A DNA stretch of 32,000 nucleotides from Longivirga aurantiaca (GTDB taxonomy: Bacteria; Actinomycetota; Actinomycetes; S36-B12; CAIYMF01), in NCBI RefSeq assembly GCF_042660085.1, contig NZ_JBHSTI010000008.1:450001-482000 (forward strand), in the 5' to 3' direction. Under the pieces are notes generated by a model. It did not search any database, was not told the DNA's origin, and saw only the letters and a list, made by a program, of their open reading frames with translations. Every line of letters begins with the position of its first letter. Within the stretch, counting starts at the first letter, position 1. The translations under genes were made by a program, and so were the position numbers. This document shows, one piece after another, positions 8,684 to 17,182 of the stretch.

Positions 8684-9547
8684 TCAGGCGAGGCCGCGGC
8701 GGGCTGCTGCCGGTGGGCGGTGGCCGGCGATCGAGGCGACCATGTCGAGGGTCTGGCGGGTGGCTGCGACGTCGTGCGCGCGGTAGACCTGCGCGCCGAG
8801 CCAGGCCGAGACGGACGTGGCCGCGAGGGTGCCGAGAAGCCGGTCGGACGGCGCCGCGATGTCGAGCGTCTCGCCCACGAAGTCCTTGCGCGACAAGGAC
8901 ACCAGCACGGGCCATCCCGTGGCGACCAGCTCGGGGATGCGCCGCGTCGCCTCCAGGGAGTGCCGCGTGCTCTTGCCGAAGTCGTGGCCCGGGTCGATGA
9001 GCACCGAGTCGTGCGGCACGCCGAGGGCCACAGCCCGCTCGGCCTCGCCGACCGTCCGGCGCACGACGTCGGCGACGACGTCGTCGTACTCGACGCGGTG
9101 CGGCCGCGTGCGCGGAGTCGCGCCGCCTGTGTGCGTGCAGACGAGGCCGAGGCCGAACTCGGCGGCCACGGCCGCGAGCTCGGGGTCGTGGCCGCCCCAC
9201 GCGTCGTTCAGGAGGTCGGCGCCCTCGGCGGCCACCACGCGGCCCACCTCGGCACGCCAGGTGTCGACGCTGATCACGACGTCGTGGCGGGCGCGCACCG
9301 CCGCCACGAACGACGCAGTACGCCGGATCTCCTCGGCTGCGTCGACCTCGGCGCCAGGCCCGGCCTTCACGCCGCCGATGTCGACGATCCCGGCGCCCTC
9401 GTCGACCGCTCGGGCCACGGCGTCGAGCGCCGCCTTGTCGGTGAAGGTCGCTCCCTTGTCGTAGAACGAGTCGGGGGTCCTGTTCACGATCGCCATGACG
9501 ACGGTCTCGCCGTCGGCGAAGACGTGGCTGCCGAGCCGCAGCGCCAC
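8684..9547 (-). CDS. folP: dihydropteroate synthase
   Basis: Pterin-binding domain motifs VMAIVNRTPDSFYD and IDIGG. Confidence 0.9.
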   Translation of the reverse strand: MALRLGSHVFADGETVVMAIVNRTPDSFYDKGATFTDKAALDAVARAVDEGAGIVDIGGVKAGPGAEVDAAEEIRRTASFVAAVRARHDVVISVDTWRAEVGRVVAAEGADLLNDAWGGHDPELAAVAAEFGLGLVCTHTGGATPRTRPHRVEYDDVVADVVRRTVGEAERAVALGVPHDSVLIDPGHDFGKSTRHSLEATRRIPELVATGWPVLVSLSRKDFVGETLDIAAPSDRLLGTLAATSVSAWLGAQVYRAHDVAATRQTLDMVASIAGHRPPAAARRGLA

Positions 9548-9663
9548 CGCGCACCCCCTCCGACCGCGCCGTTCCGCAGGGTGCGGCAGGCGAGCCGGAC
9601 CAGCGTGGCATGCTCGTCCCGGGCGCGCCCCCGCAGGGCGCGCCGACCGTCGAGCCGAGAGGC

Positions 9664-10086
9664 ATGCACGTGACCGTCGTCTTCCTGCTGGTCGGCATCG
9701 CCGTGGTCACCGCCGTCGCGCTGCTCGCGGTCGGACGCCTCGGCGAGCTGCCCGAGGTGGAGCCCGACCGCGCACCCACGCTGCTTCCGGACACCCGCCT
9801 CGTCGAGAGCGACGACGTCGACAACGTCCGGTTCGCCGTCGGGCTGCGCGGCTATCGGATGGATGAGGTGGACGACGTCCTGGACCGCCTCGCCGCCGAC
9901 ATCGCCGAGCGCGACGCCCGCATCGCCGAGCTCGAGGGGCGTGGCGCCGGCGCCCCCGCTGCCGGTGCGGCGACGGCGACCGCCACGGGCACGGGCACCG
10001 CCTGGGCCGAGGCGAGCGCTGCGGATGCCGGTGCCGCCCCGAGCGCGGGCGCACCCGACGCCGGTCGCGGCGCACCCGAGGCATGA
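9664..10086 (+). CDS. DivIVA-domain membrane-anchored protein with Ala/Gly-rich low-complexity tail
   Basis: N-terminal TM (VVFLLVGIAVVTAVALLAV), then FAVGLRGYRMDEVDDVLDRLAADIAERDARIAELE. GAGAGG RBS before ATG 9664. Its stop overlaps the tag start (ATGA). Confidence 0.7.
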   Translation: MHVTVVFLLVGIAVVTAVALLAVGRLGELPEVEPDRAPTLLPDTRLVESDDVDNVRFAVGLRGYRMDEVDDVLDRLAADIAERDARIAELEGRGAGAPAAGAATATATGTGTAWAEASAADAGAAPSAGAPDAGRGAPEA

Positions 10087-10685
10087 CCCCGGTCGGCGAC
10101 GCGGTCGTCGGCGACGACGGCCTCGCCCGCTGCCCCTGGGGCCTGTCGACCCCGGACTACGTGGCGTACCACGACACCGAGTGGGGCCGGCCCGTGCACG
10201 GCGACGTGGCGATCTTCGAGCGGATCACGCTCGAGGCGTTCCAGTCGGGCCTGGCGTGGATCACGATCCTGCGCAAGCGCGAGGGGTTCCGCAGCGCCTT
10301 CGCCGGCTTCGACCTCGCGGCGGTCGCGGCCTTCGGCCCTGACGACCGGGCCAGGCTCCTGGAGGACGCCGGGATCGTGCGCAACCGGGCCAAGGTCGAC
10401 GCCACGCTCACGAACGCGCGCGCCACCCTCGCGCTCCTCGACGCGGACGGTGAGGGCGCGCTGGACCGGCTCGTGTGGTCCTTCGCCCCCGAACCGCGAC
10501 CGAGGCCGCGGAGCCACTCCGAGGTGGCCCCCAGCACGCCGGAGTCGGTCGCGCTGGCCAAGGCCCTGAAGAAGCGCGGGTTCGTCTTCGTGGGCCCCAC
10601 CACGATGTATGCCGCGATGCAGGCGATGGGCCTCGTCGACGACCACCTGCAGGGCTGCCACGTGCCCCCGGCGGCCGCTCGCTGA
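10083..10685 (+). CDS. tag: DNA-3-methyladenine glycosylase I
   Basis: YHDTEWGRPVHGD and FERITLEAFQSGLAWITILRKREGFRSAF are the canonical Tag pattern. Confidence 0.9.
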   Translation: MTPVGDAVVGDDGLARCPWGLSTPDYVAYHDTEWGRPVHGDVAIFERITLEAFQSGLAWITILRKREGFRSAFAGFDLAAVAAFGPDDRARLLEDAGIVRNRAKVDATLTNARATLALLDADGEGALDRLVWSFAPEPRPRPRSHSEVAPSTPESVALAKALKKRGFVFVGPTTMYAAMQAMGLVDDHLQGCHVPPAAAR

Positions 10686-10705
10686 ACCGCCCCGCCCCCC
10701 GCGGT

Positions 10706-10735
10706 TTGGGAGCACGGGTGGTGATCAGGGATAAT
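10706..10735 (+). promoter_or_regulatory. candidate housekeeping-type promoter for the DUF3117 gene
   Basis: TTGGGA-N18-GATAAT. An ~85-nt leader follows, containing the hairpin GGGCGCCGA-AC-TCGGCGCCC. Confidence 0.3.
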
Positions 10736-10824
10736 GGGCGAGTTCGCCCAGGTCTTCAGCCAGGGCGTCCGCGGGCGCCGAACTCGGCGCCCCACCGCAG
10801 GTACGACGCGAAAAGGGGTGCAGC

Positions 10825-10992
10825 ATGGCCGCCATGAAGCCGCGAACGGGCGATGGCCCGCTCGAGGTCACCAAGGAGGGTCGCGGCATCGTGATGCGCG
10901 TCCCGCTCGAGGGCGGCGGCCGTCTCGTCGTCGAGCTCACCCCCGACGAGGCGCGCGACCTCGGAGCCCAGCTCACGACCGTCGCCGGCTGA
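10825..10992 (+). CDS. DUF3117-family small conserved actinobacterial protein (55 aa)
   Basis: This ORF is not in the track (<60 aa). Translation: MAAMKPRTGDGPLEVTKEGRGIVMRVPLEGGGRLVVELTPDEARDLGAQLTTVAG. It is near-identical in pattern to the protein I recall downstream of tag in mycobacteria. RBS AAAAGGGG. Confidence 0.85.
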   Translation: MAAMKPRTGDGPLEVTKEGRGIVMRVPLEGGGRLVVELTPDEARDLGAQLTTVAG

Positions 10993-11011
10993 CGCCGGCG
11001 ACCACGACGAC

Positions 11012-11043
11012 AAGGCCCGGCCCCCGCACGGGGGCCGGGCCTT
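11012..11043. terminator. bidirectional hairpin between convergent DUF3117 and O-methyltransferase genes
   Basis: AAGGCCCGGCCCC-(cgcacg)-GGGGCCGGGCCTT, a 13-bp perfect stem. Confidence 0.6.
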
Positions 11044-11058
11044 CGTGCGGTCGGGTGC

Positions 11059-11709
11059 CTAGCGGCGTACGGCGGTGAGCAGGCCGTCGCCCACCGGGAG
11101 CAGGGCCACGACCCAGCGCTCGTCCTCGCGCAGCGCGGTGAGTACGCCACGGATCGCGATGGTGTCGGGATCGCGCTGCGCGGGGTCGGCCACCTTGTCG
11201 TGCCAGAGGCTGTTGTCGATCGCCATCACGCCGCCGGTGCGCAGGAGCCGGGCGGCCTCCTCGACGTAGTCGGCGTACTCCTGCTTGTCGCCGTCCACGA
11301 GCACGAGGTCGTAGGCGGCGTCCGCGAGGCGCGGGAGCACCTCGAGCGCGCGTCCGGTGATGAGCCGGGCGCGGGAGGCGGGGATCCCCTCGGCCGTGAA
11401 GGCCTCGCGGGCGTGGCGCTGGTGCTCCGCCTCGACATCGACGGACGTGAGCACGCCGTCCTCGCGCATCCCGCGCAGGAGCCAGAGCCCCGACACTCCG
11501 GTGCCGGTGCCGATCTCCACCACGTGCCGGGCGTCGATCAGGGCGGCCAGGAGGCGCAGCGTGGCACCCGCCCCGGCCAGGATCGGGACGCAGCCGACCT
11601 CCTCGGCCTTGGCGCGCGCCTCGGCGATCAGGTCGTCCTCGGCGACGTACGCCTCGGCGTAGTCCCAGCTGGCACGGTTCGCGGCGAGCGCGCGGGCGTC
11701 GGTGTCCAC
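11059..11709 (-). CDS. class I SAM-dependent O-methyltransferase (caffeoyl-CoA OMT-like)
   Basis: SAM-binding motif [15 protein letters not shown] and downstream motif [11 protein letters not shown]. Divergent from sigE, as in other actinobacteria. Confidence 0.85.
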   Translation of the reverse strand: MDTDARALAANRASWDYAEAYVAEDDLIAEARAKAEEVGCVPILAGAGATLRLLAALIDARHVVEIGTGTGVSGLWLLRGMREDGVLTSVDVEAEHQRHAREAFTAEGIPASRARLITGRALEVLPRLADAAYDLVLVDGDKQEYADYVEEAARLLRTGGVMAIDNSLWHDKVADPAQRDPDTIAIRGVLTALREDERWVVALLPVGDGLLTAVRR

Positions 11710-11746
11710 GCGGCGAGGCTATCGGCAGCAGGGCTCTGACGTGGGC

Positions 11747-11773
11747 GGGAACCCCGGAGGCGTCCGGTTCGTC
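11747..11773 (+). promoter_or_regulatory. candidate ECF-type (autoregulatory) promoter upstream of sigE
   Basis: GGGAAC-N17-CGTC in the OMT/sigE divergent spacer. Confidence 0.3.
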
Positions 11774-11903
11774 CACGTGGGAGCGGCCCGGCCGGGCCGC
11801 GATTTCGCGCTGCGACGCAGAGGAAGGCACCATGGTGTCCACGACCGCTGGGGGCAGGGCCCACCTCGCCCTCGCGGACCGGTCGAGCGCGGAGGTGGTC
11901 GCC

Positions 11904-12512
11904 ATGAGCGAGCCGACGGAGCAGACGGGGGCCGACCCCGTCGTGGGTCCGGACTGGGACGCGCCCTCCTGGGACGACGTCGTCCGCGACCACGGTGCCC
12001 GCGTCTACCGCCTCGCCTACCGCCTGACCGGCAACCAGCACGACGCCGAGGACCTGACGCAGGAGGTCTTCGTCCGCGTCTTCCGCTCGCTCTCGCAGTA
12101 CACGCCGGGCAGCTTCGAGGGCTGGCTGCACCGCATCACCACCAACCTGTTCCTCGACCAGATGCGCCGCAAGGCCCGCATCCGCTTCGACGGCCTGCCC
12201 GACGACGCCGCCGACCGCATCCCCTCGCGCGAGATCGGCCCGCAGCAGCTGCTCGACGACCGCGCGTACGACGCCGACGTGCAGGACGCGCTCGACTCGC
12301 TCCACCCCGACTTCCGGGTCGCGGTCGTGCTCTGCGACGTCGAGGGCATGACGTACGAGGAGATCTCGGACCTGCTCGGCATCAAGCTGGGCACCGTCCG
12401 GTCGCGCATCCACCGCGGTCGCGCGGCGCTGCGGCAGGCGCTGGCCCACCGGACCCCCAAGACCGCCGTCCGCTTCCCGCTCGGCCACGACGCCGCGGGG
12501 GGCACCGCATGA
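11904..12512 (+). CDS. sigE: ECF RNA polymerase sigma factor SigE
   Basis: Sigma-2 ([18 protein letters not shown]) and sigma-4 ([29 protein letters not shown]) regions are present. GGAGG lies 8 nt before ATG 11904. An alternative upstream ATG is at 11832. Confidence 0.9.
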   Translation: MSEPTEQTGADPVVGPDWDAPSWDDVVRDHGARVYRLAYRLTGNQHDAEDLTQEVFVRVFRSLSQYTPGSFEGWLHRITTNLFLDQMRRKARIRFDGLPDDAADRIPSREIGPQQLLDDRAYDADVQDALDSLHPDFRVAVVLCDVEGMTYEEISDLLGIKLGTVRSRIHRGRAALRQALAHRTPKTAVRFPLGHDAAGGTA

Positions 12513-13114
12513 CCGTGCTCCCGGGCCTGCCAGGACGCCCCGGCGGCTGCCTCGGCGACCGCATCGCCGACCTCGCCGACGGGCGCCTCGCGCCGTCGGA
12601 CGCCGAGACCGCCTTCGCCCACGTCGCGGTGTGCGACCGCTGCCGCGTCTCCCTCGACACCGCCCGTGCCGCGTCCGCGGCCCTCTCCGAGCCGGCCCCC
12701 GGCCCGAGCGAGGACCTCCTGGCTCGTCTGCTCGGCATCCCCGCGGCCGAGGAGGCCGCGGCGCGCCCGTTCGTGCCGCCGGTCGTCCCGGCGCAGGCGG
12801 GCACCCGGCCGAGCGGTTCCGCGGGCGTGCGGCCTTCCGCAGCGGGCTCCTCGAGCCGGCCCGCCACCCGGCGCCGCCGGGTCCGTGTCGCCGTGGGCTC
12901 GGCCGCCGGCGCTGCCGCCCTGGCCGTCGCCGCCGTCGTGGGCGGCACCCCCGCCGCCCTGGGCGGCCCGCAGGCACCCGCGTCCCAGTTCGCCCCCGTC
13001 GTGGACGCGCTCGCCGGCGAGCACTCGGCGTCGACGCAGCGCATGCCGTTCTCCGGCCCGCTCGTGATCACCGCGGCGTTCGACAGCGGGTCCGGCTCGT
13101 CCGTCCGTCCGTGA
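12509..13114 (+). CDS. rseA: anti-sigma-E factor, ZAS-type with predicted TM segment
   Basis: ATGA overlap with the sigE stop. HxxxCxxC motif (HVAVCDRC). RRRR is followed by an Ala-rich hydrophobic stretch ([20 protein letters not shown]) and a ~50-aa tail. Confidence 0.75.
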   Translation: MTVLPGLPGRPGGCLGDRIADLADGRLAPSDAETAFAHVAVCDRCRVSLDTARAASAALSEPAPGPSEDLLARLLGIPAAEEAAARPFVPPVVPAQAGTRPSGSAGVRPSAAGSSSRPATRRRRVRVAVGSAAGAAALAVAAVVGGTPAALGGPQAPASQFAPVVDALAGEHSASTQRMPFSGPLVITAAFDSGSGSSVRP

Positions 13115-13124
13115 GCGCCCGGTC

Positions 13125-14279
13125 GTGAGCGCGCGCCTCCTCGTCGTCACCGGGGCAGCCGGTGTGGCGGTCCTCGCCCTGTGCTCGCTCGCCGCCCTCG
13201 GCGGGAGCCCCTCGCAGGCGTCGAGCGACGGGTGGGCCGGGTGGACCGGCGAGGTCGACACCGCGGCGGTGTCCGACAAGGACGCGATGACCCCCGACGA
13301 CGCGGTCGCGGTGCGGCTGCTCGCCCGTTCGGCCGAGGCGGCGGGCTCGGTCGGCTACTCCGGACGGGTGACGGCCGAGGACAGCTCCGGCCTCGTCACC
13401 ACCACGCTCGTGCACGCCCCTGGCTTGGGCACCGTCACCACGGTGGTGTCGGACTCCCTGCGGGAGCCGGTCTTCGCGCCCGATGGCCGCAGCGGCTCGT
13501 TCGCCGACGAGGGCCGCCAGCTCGACCTGCTGCGCATCAACTACCGGGTGCTGCGCCAGGCCGACCTCGACACAGGCATCGCCGGCCGCCCGGCCGAGGC
13601 CGTGGTCGCCGTCGGGTCCGACGGCGCGACGGCCGCCCGCTACTGGCTGGACGCCGAGACCGGGCTGCTGCTGCGCAAGGAGCTCGTCGACGCGGACGGA
13701 GCCGTGCGCGTGCGGTCCGGGTTCGACCAGCTGAGCCTCACGTTCGACCCGGCCGTGGTGGCCAAGGCCGAGACGTCGCAGGTCGCCGACGCCTGGGGCG
13801 CCGAGCTCGACGAGGCCGGGCTCCGTGCCGCACGGCTCGCCGGGTGCGACTGCCCCGACTCCCTGCCCGGGGGCCTCACCCTCGTGGAGACCAGGCGTGC
13901 GCCCGCCGGGGCGGTGGGCGCCGTCCCCGTGGTCCACCAGCTCTTCTCCGACGGGCTCGTGAGCGCGTCGCTGTTCACCCTGCAGGGCTCGCTCACCGAG
14001 GCCGACACCGAGGGCCTCCGCGCCCGCGGCTTCGCGCTCACCGACCTCGACGGGCTGTCGGCCTGGGTGCGCGGCGGCAAGTCCTCGGCGTCGAGCGCGA
14101 CGGTCGTGTGGGAGTGCGACGACGACGTGCTCACCCTCGTCGCCGACGACGCCCTGCAGCCGCTCGCGGTCGCCCAGGCCGTGCTCTCGGCCCTGCCCCC
14201 GACGAGGCCGACCGAGGACGGCTCGTTCCTGGGCCGTGTCGCCCGCGGCTGGGACCGCCTGACCGGGGGAGGGGCGTGA
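13125..14279 (+). CDS. exported MucB/RseB-like sigma-E regulatory protein
   Basis: Signal peptide present. By-eye alignment to E. coli RseB blocks: LLARSAEAAGSVGYSGRV ~ LLQQMNLASQSLNYELSF; YWLDAETGLLLRKELVDADGAV ~ VWMDTESKLPMRVDLLDRDGET; LPGGLTLVE...LFSDGLVSASLF ~ LPQGFSEVS...LYSDGLFSFSV. Confidence 0.7.
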   Translation: MSARLLVVTGAAGVAVLALCSLAALGGSPSQASSDGWAGWTGEVDTAAVSDKDAMTPDDAVAVRLLARSAEAAGSVGYSGRVTAEDSSGLVTTTLVHAPGLGTVTTVVSDSLREPVFAPDGRSGSFADEGRQLDLLRINYRVLRQADLDTGIAGRPAEAVVAVGSDGATAARYWLDAETGLLLRKELVDADGAVRVRSGFDQLSLTFDPAVVAKAETSQVADAWGAELDEAGLRAARLAGCDCPDSLPGGLTLVETRRAPAGAVGAVPVVHQLFSDGLVSASLFTLQGSLTEADTEGLRARGFALTDLDGLSAWVRGGKSSASSATVVWECDDDVLTLVADDALQPLAVAQAVLSALPPTRPTEDGSFLGRVARGWDRLTGGGA

Positions 14280-14938
14280 GGCGCGGGGCTGTCATCGCGG
14301 CCGTCGTGGTCCTCGTGCTGCTGGGCGTCGCGGTCGGGGCGGACCGCGCGGCCGTGGCGGTGGCCGAGCGCACGGTGACCGAGCGCGTCGCCGCAGAGCT
14401 GCCCGGCGCGACCGACGTGACCACGTCGATCGAGGGCTTCCCGGCCCTGACCCAGGTGCTGCGCGGGTCGCTCGACCATGTGACCGTCACGGCGGCCGAC
14501 GTGCCCACCGAGCAGGGCACCCTCGACTCCGTCGTGGTCGACCTGTACGGCGTGGCCACGTCGTCGCCGCGCACGGCGTCCTCGGTCGAGGCCACCGCGG
14601 TCGTGCCGCTGGCCGTCCTCGCCGAGCAGCTCGGCGACAGCTGGGAGCTGGCGGTCGAGGGCGACGCGCTGACCGCGTCGTTCACCGGCGCGGTGTCGGC
14701 CACGGCGACGGTGGTGCCCGTGGTGACCGACGGCCGCATCACGCTGGACCTGCAGAAGTTCTCGCTCCTCGGGCTGGAGGTGTCGGGTGACAACGTCCCC
14801 GACTTCGTCACCCAGGCGCTCAACGACATGGTCGGCTCGGTCGGAGACCTGCCGTTCGGCCTGACGCCCACCGAGGTCACCGTGATCCCGACGGGCGTGC
14901 AGGTGCGGGCCGCGGGCACCGCCGTAGCGCTGGAGTGA
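14276..14938 (+). CDS. DUF2993 (LmeA-like, phospholipid-binding family) membrane-anchored protein
   Basis: GTGA overlap with the upstream stop. N-terminal TM, then the pattern IEGFPALTQVLRGSLDHVTVTAADV typical of DUF2993. Confidence 0.65.
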   Translation: MRRGAVIAAVVVLVLLGVAVGADRAAVAVAERTVTERVAAELPGATDVTTSIEGFPALTQVLRGSLDHVTVTAADVPTEQGTLDSVVVDLYGVATSSPRTASSVEATAVVPLAVLAEQLGDSWELAVEGDALTASFTGAVSATATVVPVVTDGRITLDLQKFSLLGLEVSGDNVPDFVTQALNDMVGSVGDLPFGLTPTEVTVIPTGVQVRAAGTAVALE

Positions 14939-15014
14939 CCGGCATCACCCCCCGGCGGTCGCCCGATCGGCAACCGCGCCCGAGTTCGCGCCGTCCCTAG
15001 GACGACGGCATGCT

Positions 15015-15041
15015 GGGAAGCCGACGGCCTCTCAGGACGTT
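15015..15041 (+). promoter_or_regulatory. candidate ECF (SigE-type) promoter upstream of htrA
   Basis: GGGAAG-N17-CGTT, about 40 nt before the GGAGAGAG RBS and ATG 15083. Confidence 0.3.
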
Positions 15042-15082
15042 CACAGGTTGCTCGCAGGTCGCACAACGGAGAGAGACACACG

Positions 15083-16492
15083 ATGGATGCACGCCCCGAC
15101 GAGCGCGCAGGAGAACCCATGAGCGACGAACGACCCCAGGACATCCCCGAGCCCGACGGCGGCTCGGTCGCCGTCCACGACGGCCAGCCCGACGCGCACG
15201 ACACCGTGGTCGTCCCGGTGCTCGACGCCGACACGCAGGACACCACCGTGCTCGCGGCACAGGACACCACCGTGTTCGCGGCGCCCGACCCGGCGGCCCG
15301 CGTCGACGGCCCGCCCGGGTACGCCGCCGGCACCCCCGTGCCCGGCTTCGAGCCGCCCCTCCTCGGTGCGCCCGAGGCCTGGGACGCGCCGCCGGCCGCC
15401 CCCGTCAAGCAGCGCACCGGCGGTGCCGGCCGCATCGTCGCGATCGCCGTCGCCTCGGGCCTGCTCGCCGGCGCCGTCGGTGGCGTGGGCGCGTACACGA
15501 TCGCCGAGAACCGCTCCGGCGGATCGCTGACGTCGTCGGGCGCGACCATCCCGCAGACCGACGCCGATCTCTCCGCGCGGCCCAGCGGGTCGATCGCGGC
15601 GGTCGCGGCCGCGGTCCTCCCGACGGTCGTGCAGATCGAGGAGCGCAACGGCACCGGAGGCGGCACCGGCTCGGGCTTCATCATCCGCGCCGACGGGTAC
15701 ATCCTCACCAACAACCACGTGGTCGAGGGCGCTGCCGACGGCGGCACGCTGACCGTGCGCTTCCAGGACGGCACCACCGTTCCGGCGAAGATCGTCGGCC
15801 GCGACACGTCGTACGACCTTGCCGTCATCAAGGTGGACAGGACCGGCCTGCCGGTGGCCACGCTCGGCAACTCCGACGGCATCGTGGTCGGCGACTCGAC
15901 CATCGCGGTCGGCTCGCCCCTCGGGCTCGAGGGCACCGTCACCGCCGGCATCGTCAGCGCGCTCAACCGTCCCGTGACGGCGGGCGGCTCGGGCGAGAAC
16001 TCGTTCATCAACGCGATCCAGACCGACGCCGCGATCAACCCCGGCAACTCGGGTGGCCCGCTGCTCGACGCCGAGGGCAAGGTCATCGGCGTCAACTCGG
16101 CCATCGCGTCGCTGTCGGACGGCAGCGGCCAGGCGGGCTCGATCGGGCTCGGCTTCGCCATCCCGATCAACCAGGCCCAGCGCGTGGCCGAGGAGATCAT
16201 CTCGGACGGAAGCTCGAGCCACCCGATCATCGGCGTGCAGGTCGACAGCCGGTACACCGGAGAGGGCGCCCAGGTCTCGGAGGTCACCGCCGGTGGTCCC
16301 GCCGAGGCTGCCGGTGTCACGAGCGGCGACATCATCGTCGACGTCAACGGCCGCGCGGTCTCGGACTCGACCGAGCTCATCGTCGCGATCCGCACCTACG
16401 CGCCGGGCGAGACCATCACCCTCGGCATCAAGGACGGCGACAGCGTCCGGACCGTCGAGGTCACGCTCGGATCGGACAGCTCGACCGGCTGA
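15083..16492 (+). CDS. htrA: membrane-anchored HtrA/DegP-family serine protease with C-terminal PDZ domain
   Basis: S1C catalytic motifs (TNNHVV, SYDLAVIK, GNSGGPL). TM segment (IVAIAVASGLLAGAVGGVGAY). PDZ-like C-terminus. Confidence 0.9.
   Translation: MDARPDERAGEPMSDERPQDIPEPDGGSVAVHDGQPDAHDTVVVPVLDADTQDTTVLAAQDTTVFAAPDPAARVDGPPGYAAGTPVPGFEPPLLGAPEAWDAPPAAPVKQRTGGAGRIVAIAVASGLLAGAVGGVGAYTIAENRSGGSLTSSGATIPQTDADLSARPSGSIAAVAAAVLPTVVQIEERNGTGGGTGSGFIIRADGYILTNNHVVEGAADGGTLTVRFQDGTTVPAKIVGRDTSYDLAVIKVDRTGLPVATLGNSDGIVVGDSTIAVGSPLGLEGTVTAGIVSALNRPVTAGGSGENSFINAIQTDAAINPGNSGGPLLDAEGKVIGVNSAIASLSDGSGQAGSIGLGFAIPINQAQRVAEEIISDGSSSHPIIGVQVDSRYTGEGAQVSEVTAGGPAEAAGVTSGDIIVDVNGRAVSDSTELIVAIRTYAPGETITLGIKDGDSVRTVEVTLGSDSSTG
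15236..15283 (+). repeat. in-frame tandem duplication (2 x 24 nt) in the cytoplasmic N-terminal tail of HtrA
   Basis: CAGGACACCACCGTGCTCGCGGCA / CAGGACACCACCGTGTTCGCGGCG match at 22/24 positions. They encode QDTTVLAA / QDTTVFAA. Confidence 0.8.
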
Positions 16493-16518
16493 TCCCGCGA
16501 GGCACTGCACGTCGTACC

Positions 16519-16552
16519 CTGGGGGCGCCGACCGCGAGGTCGGCGCCCCCAG
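16519..16552 (+). terminator. strong hairpin between htrA and tatB (terminator or attenuator)
   Basis: CTGGGGGCGCCGACC-GCGA-GGTCGGCGCCCCCAG, a perfect 15-bp stem with a 4-nt loop. Confidence 0.6.
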
Positions 16553-16576
16553 GCGCGTCAGGAAGGCGGTGAGCAC

Positions 16577-16945
16577 GTGTTCTTCGACATCGGGACGGGC
16601 GAGTTCCTGTTCATCGCGCTCGTCGCCGTGCTCATCCTCGGGCCTGACAAGCTGCCGAAGGCCATCGCCAGCATGGTGCAGTGGGCGCGCGTGCTGCGCA
16701 CCCAGGCGATGAACGCCCGGCGCGAGATCGTGGCCGCGGCCGATCTCGATCCCACCATCACCGACGACCTCAAGCAGTCGGTGAAGGACCTGGCCGACCT
16801 GCACCCGCGCCGGCTCGCGGCCTCGATCCTCAGCGACCCCGAGCCCGAGCCGAGCGGCCCCGCAGGTCCTGCCGCACCGGCCCGCGGCGCGACGGGCAGC
16901 TCCACCGCCGCACCTGCTGCAGCGTTCGACCCCGACGCCACCTGA
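16577..16945 (+). CDS. tatB: Sec-independent (Tat) translocase subunit TatB
   Basis: MFFDIGTGEFLFIALVAVLILGPDKLPKAI is the canonical TatA/B N-terminus. An amphipathic helix and a Pro/Ala-rich tail follow. GTG start. Confidence 0.85.
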   Translation: MFFDIGTGEFLFIALVAVLILGPDKLPKAIASMVQWARVLRTQAMNARREIVAAADLDPTITDDLKQSVKDLADLHPRRLAASILSDPEPEPSGPAGPAAPARGATGSSTAAPAAAFDPDAT

Positions 16946-17182
16946 GCGTCGACGCCGACCGGCACGAGCGGGTGGTGATCACTGCTCCGTCCGGGCCATG
17001 TGCGTCCCGTCAGCGGTGTGCCACGGTGCCGAGCAGGACGTCAGAGCCGACGGGGGTCGGCCCGTCCCGCTGGACGTATCAGGGAGCCGGTCCCGACCTC
17101 CTCCGGGTGAGGCCGCGCGCAGCGCGCGTCCCCGGCTGCCCGACGCGCAGTGCGTCCGGAGCCACGACCCGAGGGGGTTCGG

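Noticed and set aside
14131-16804. 754-aa and 587-aa minus-strand ORFs opposite the DUF2993, htrA and tatB genes
   Set aside because: These are high-GC shadow ORFs. The plus-strand HtrA frame has the complete S1C triad and a PDZ domain.
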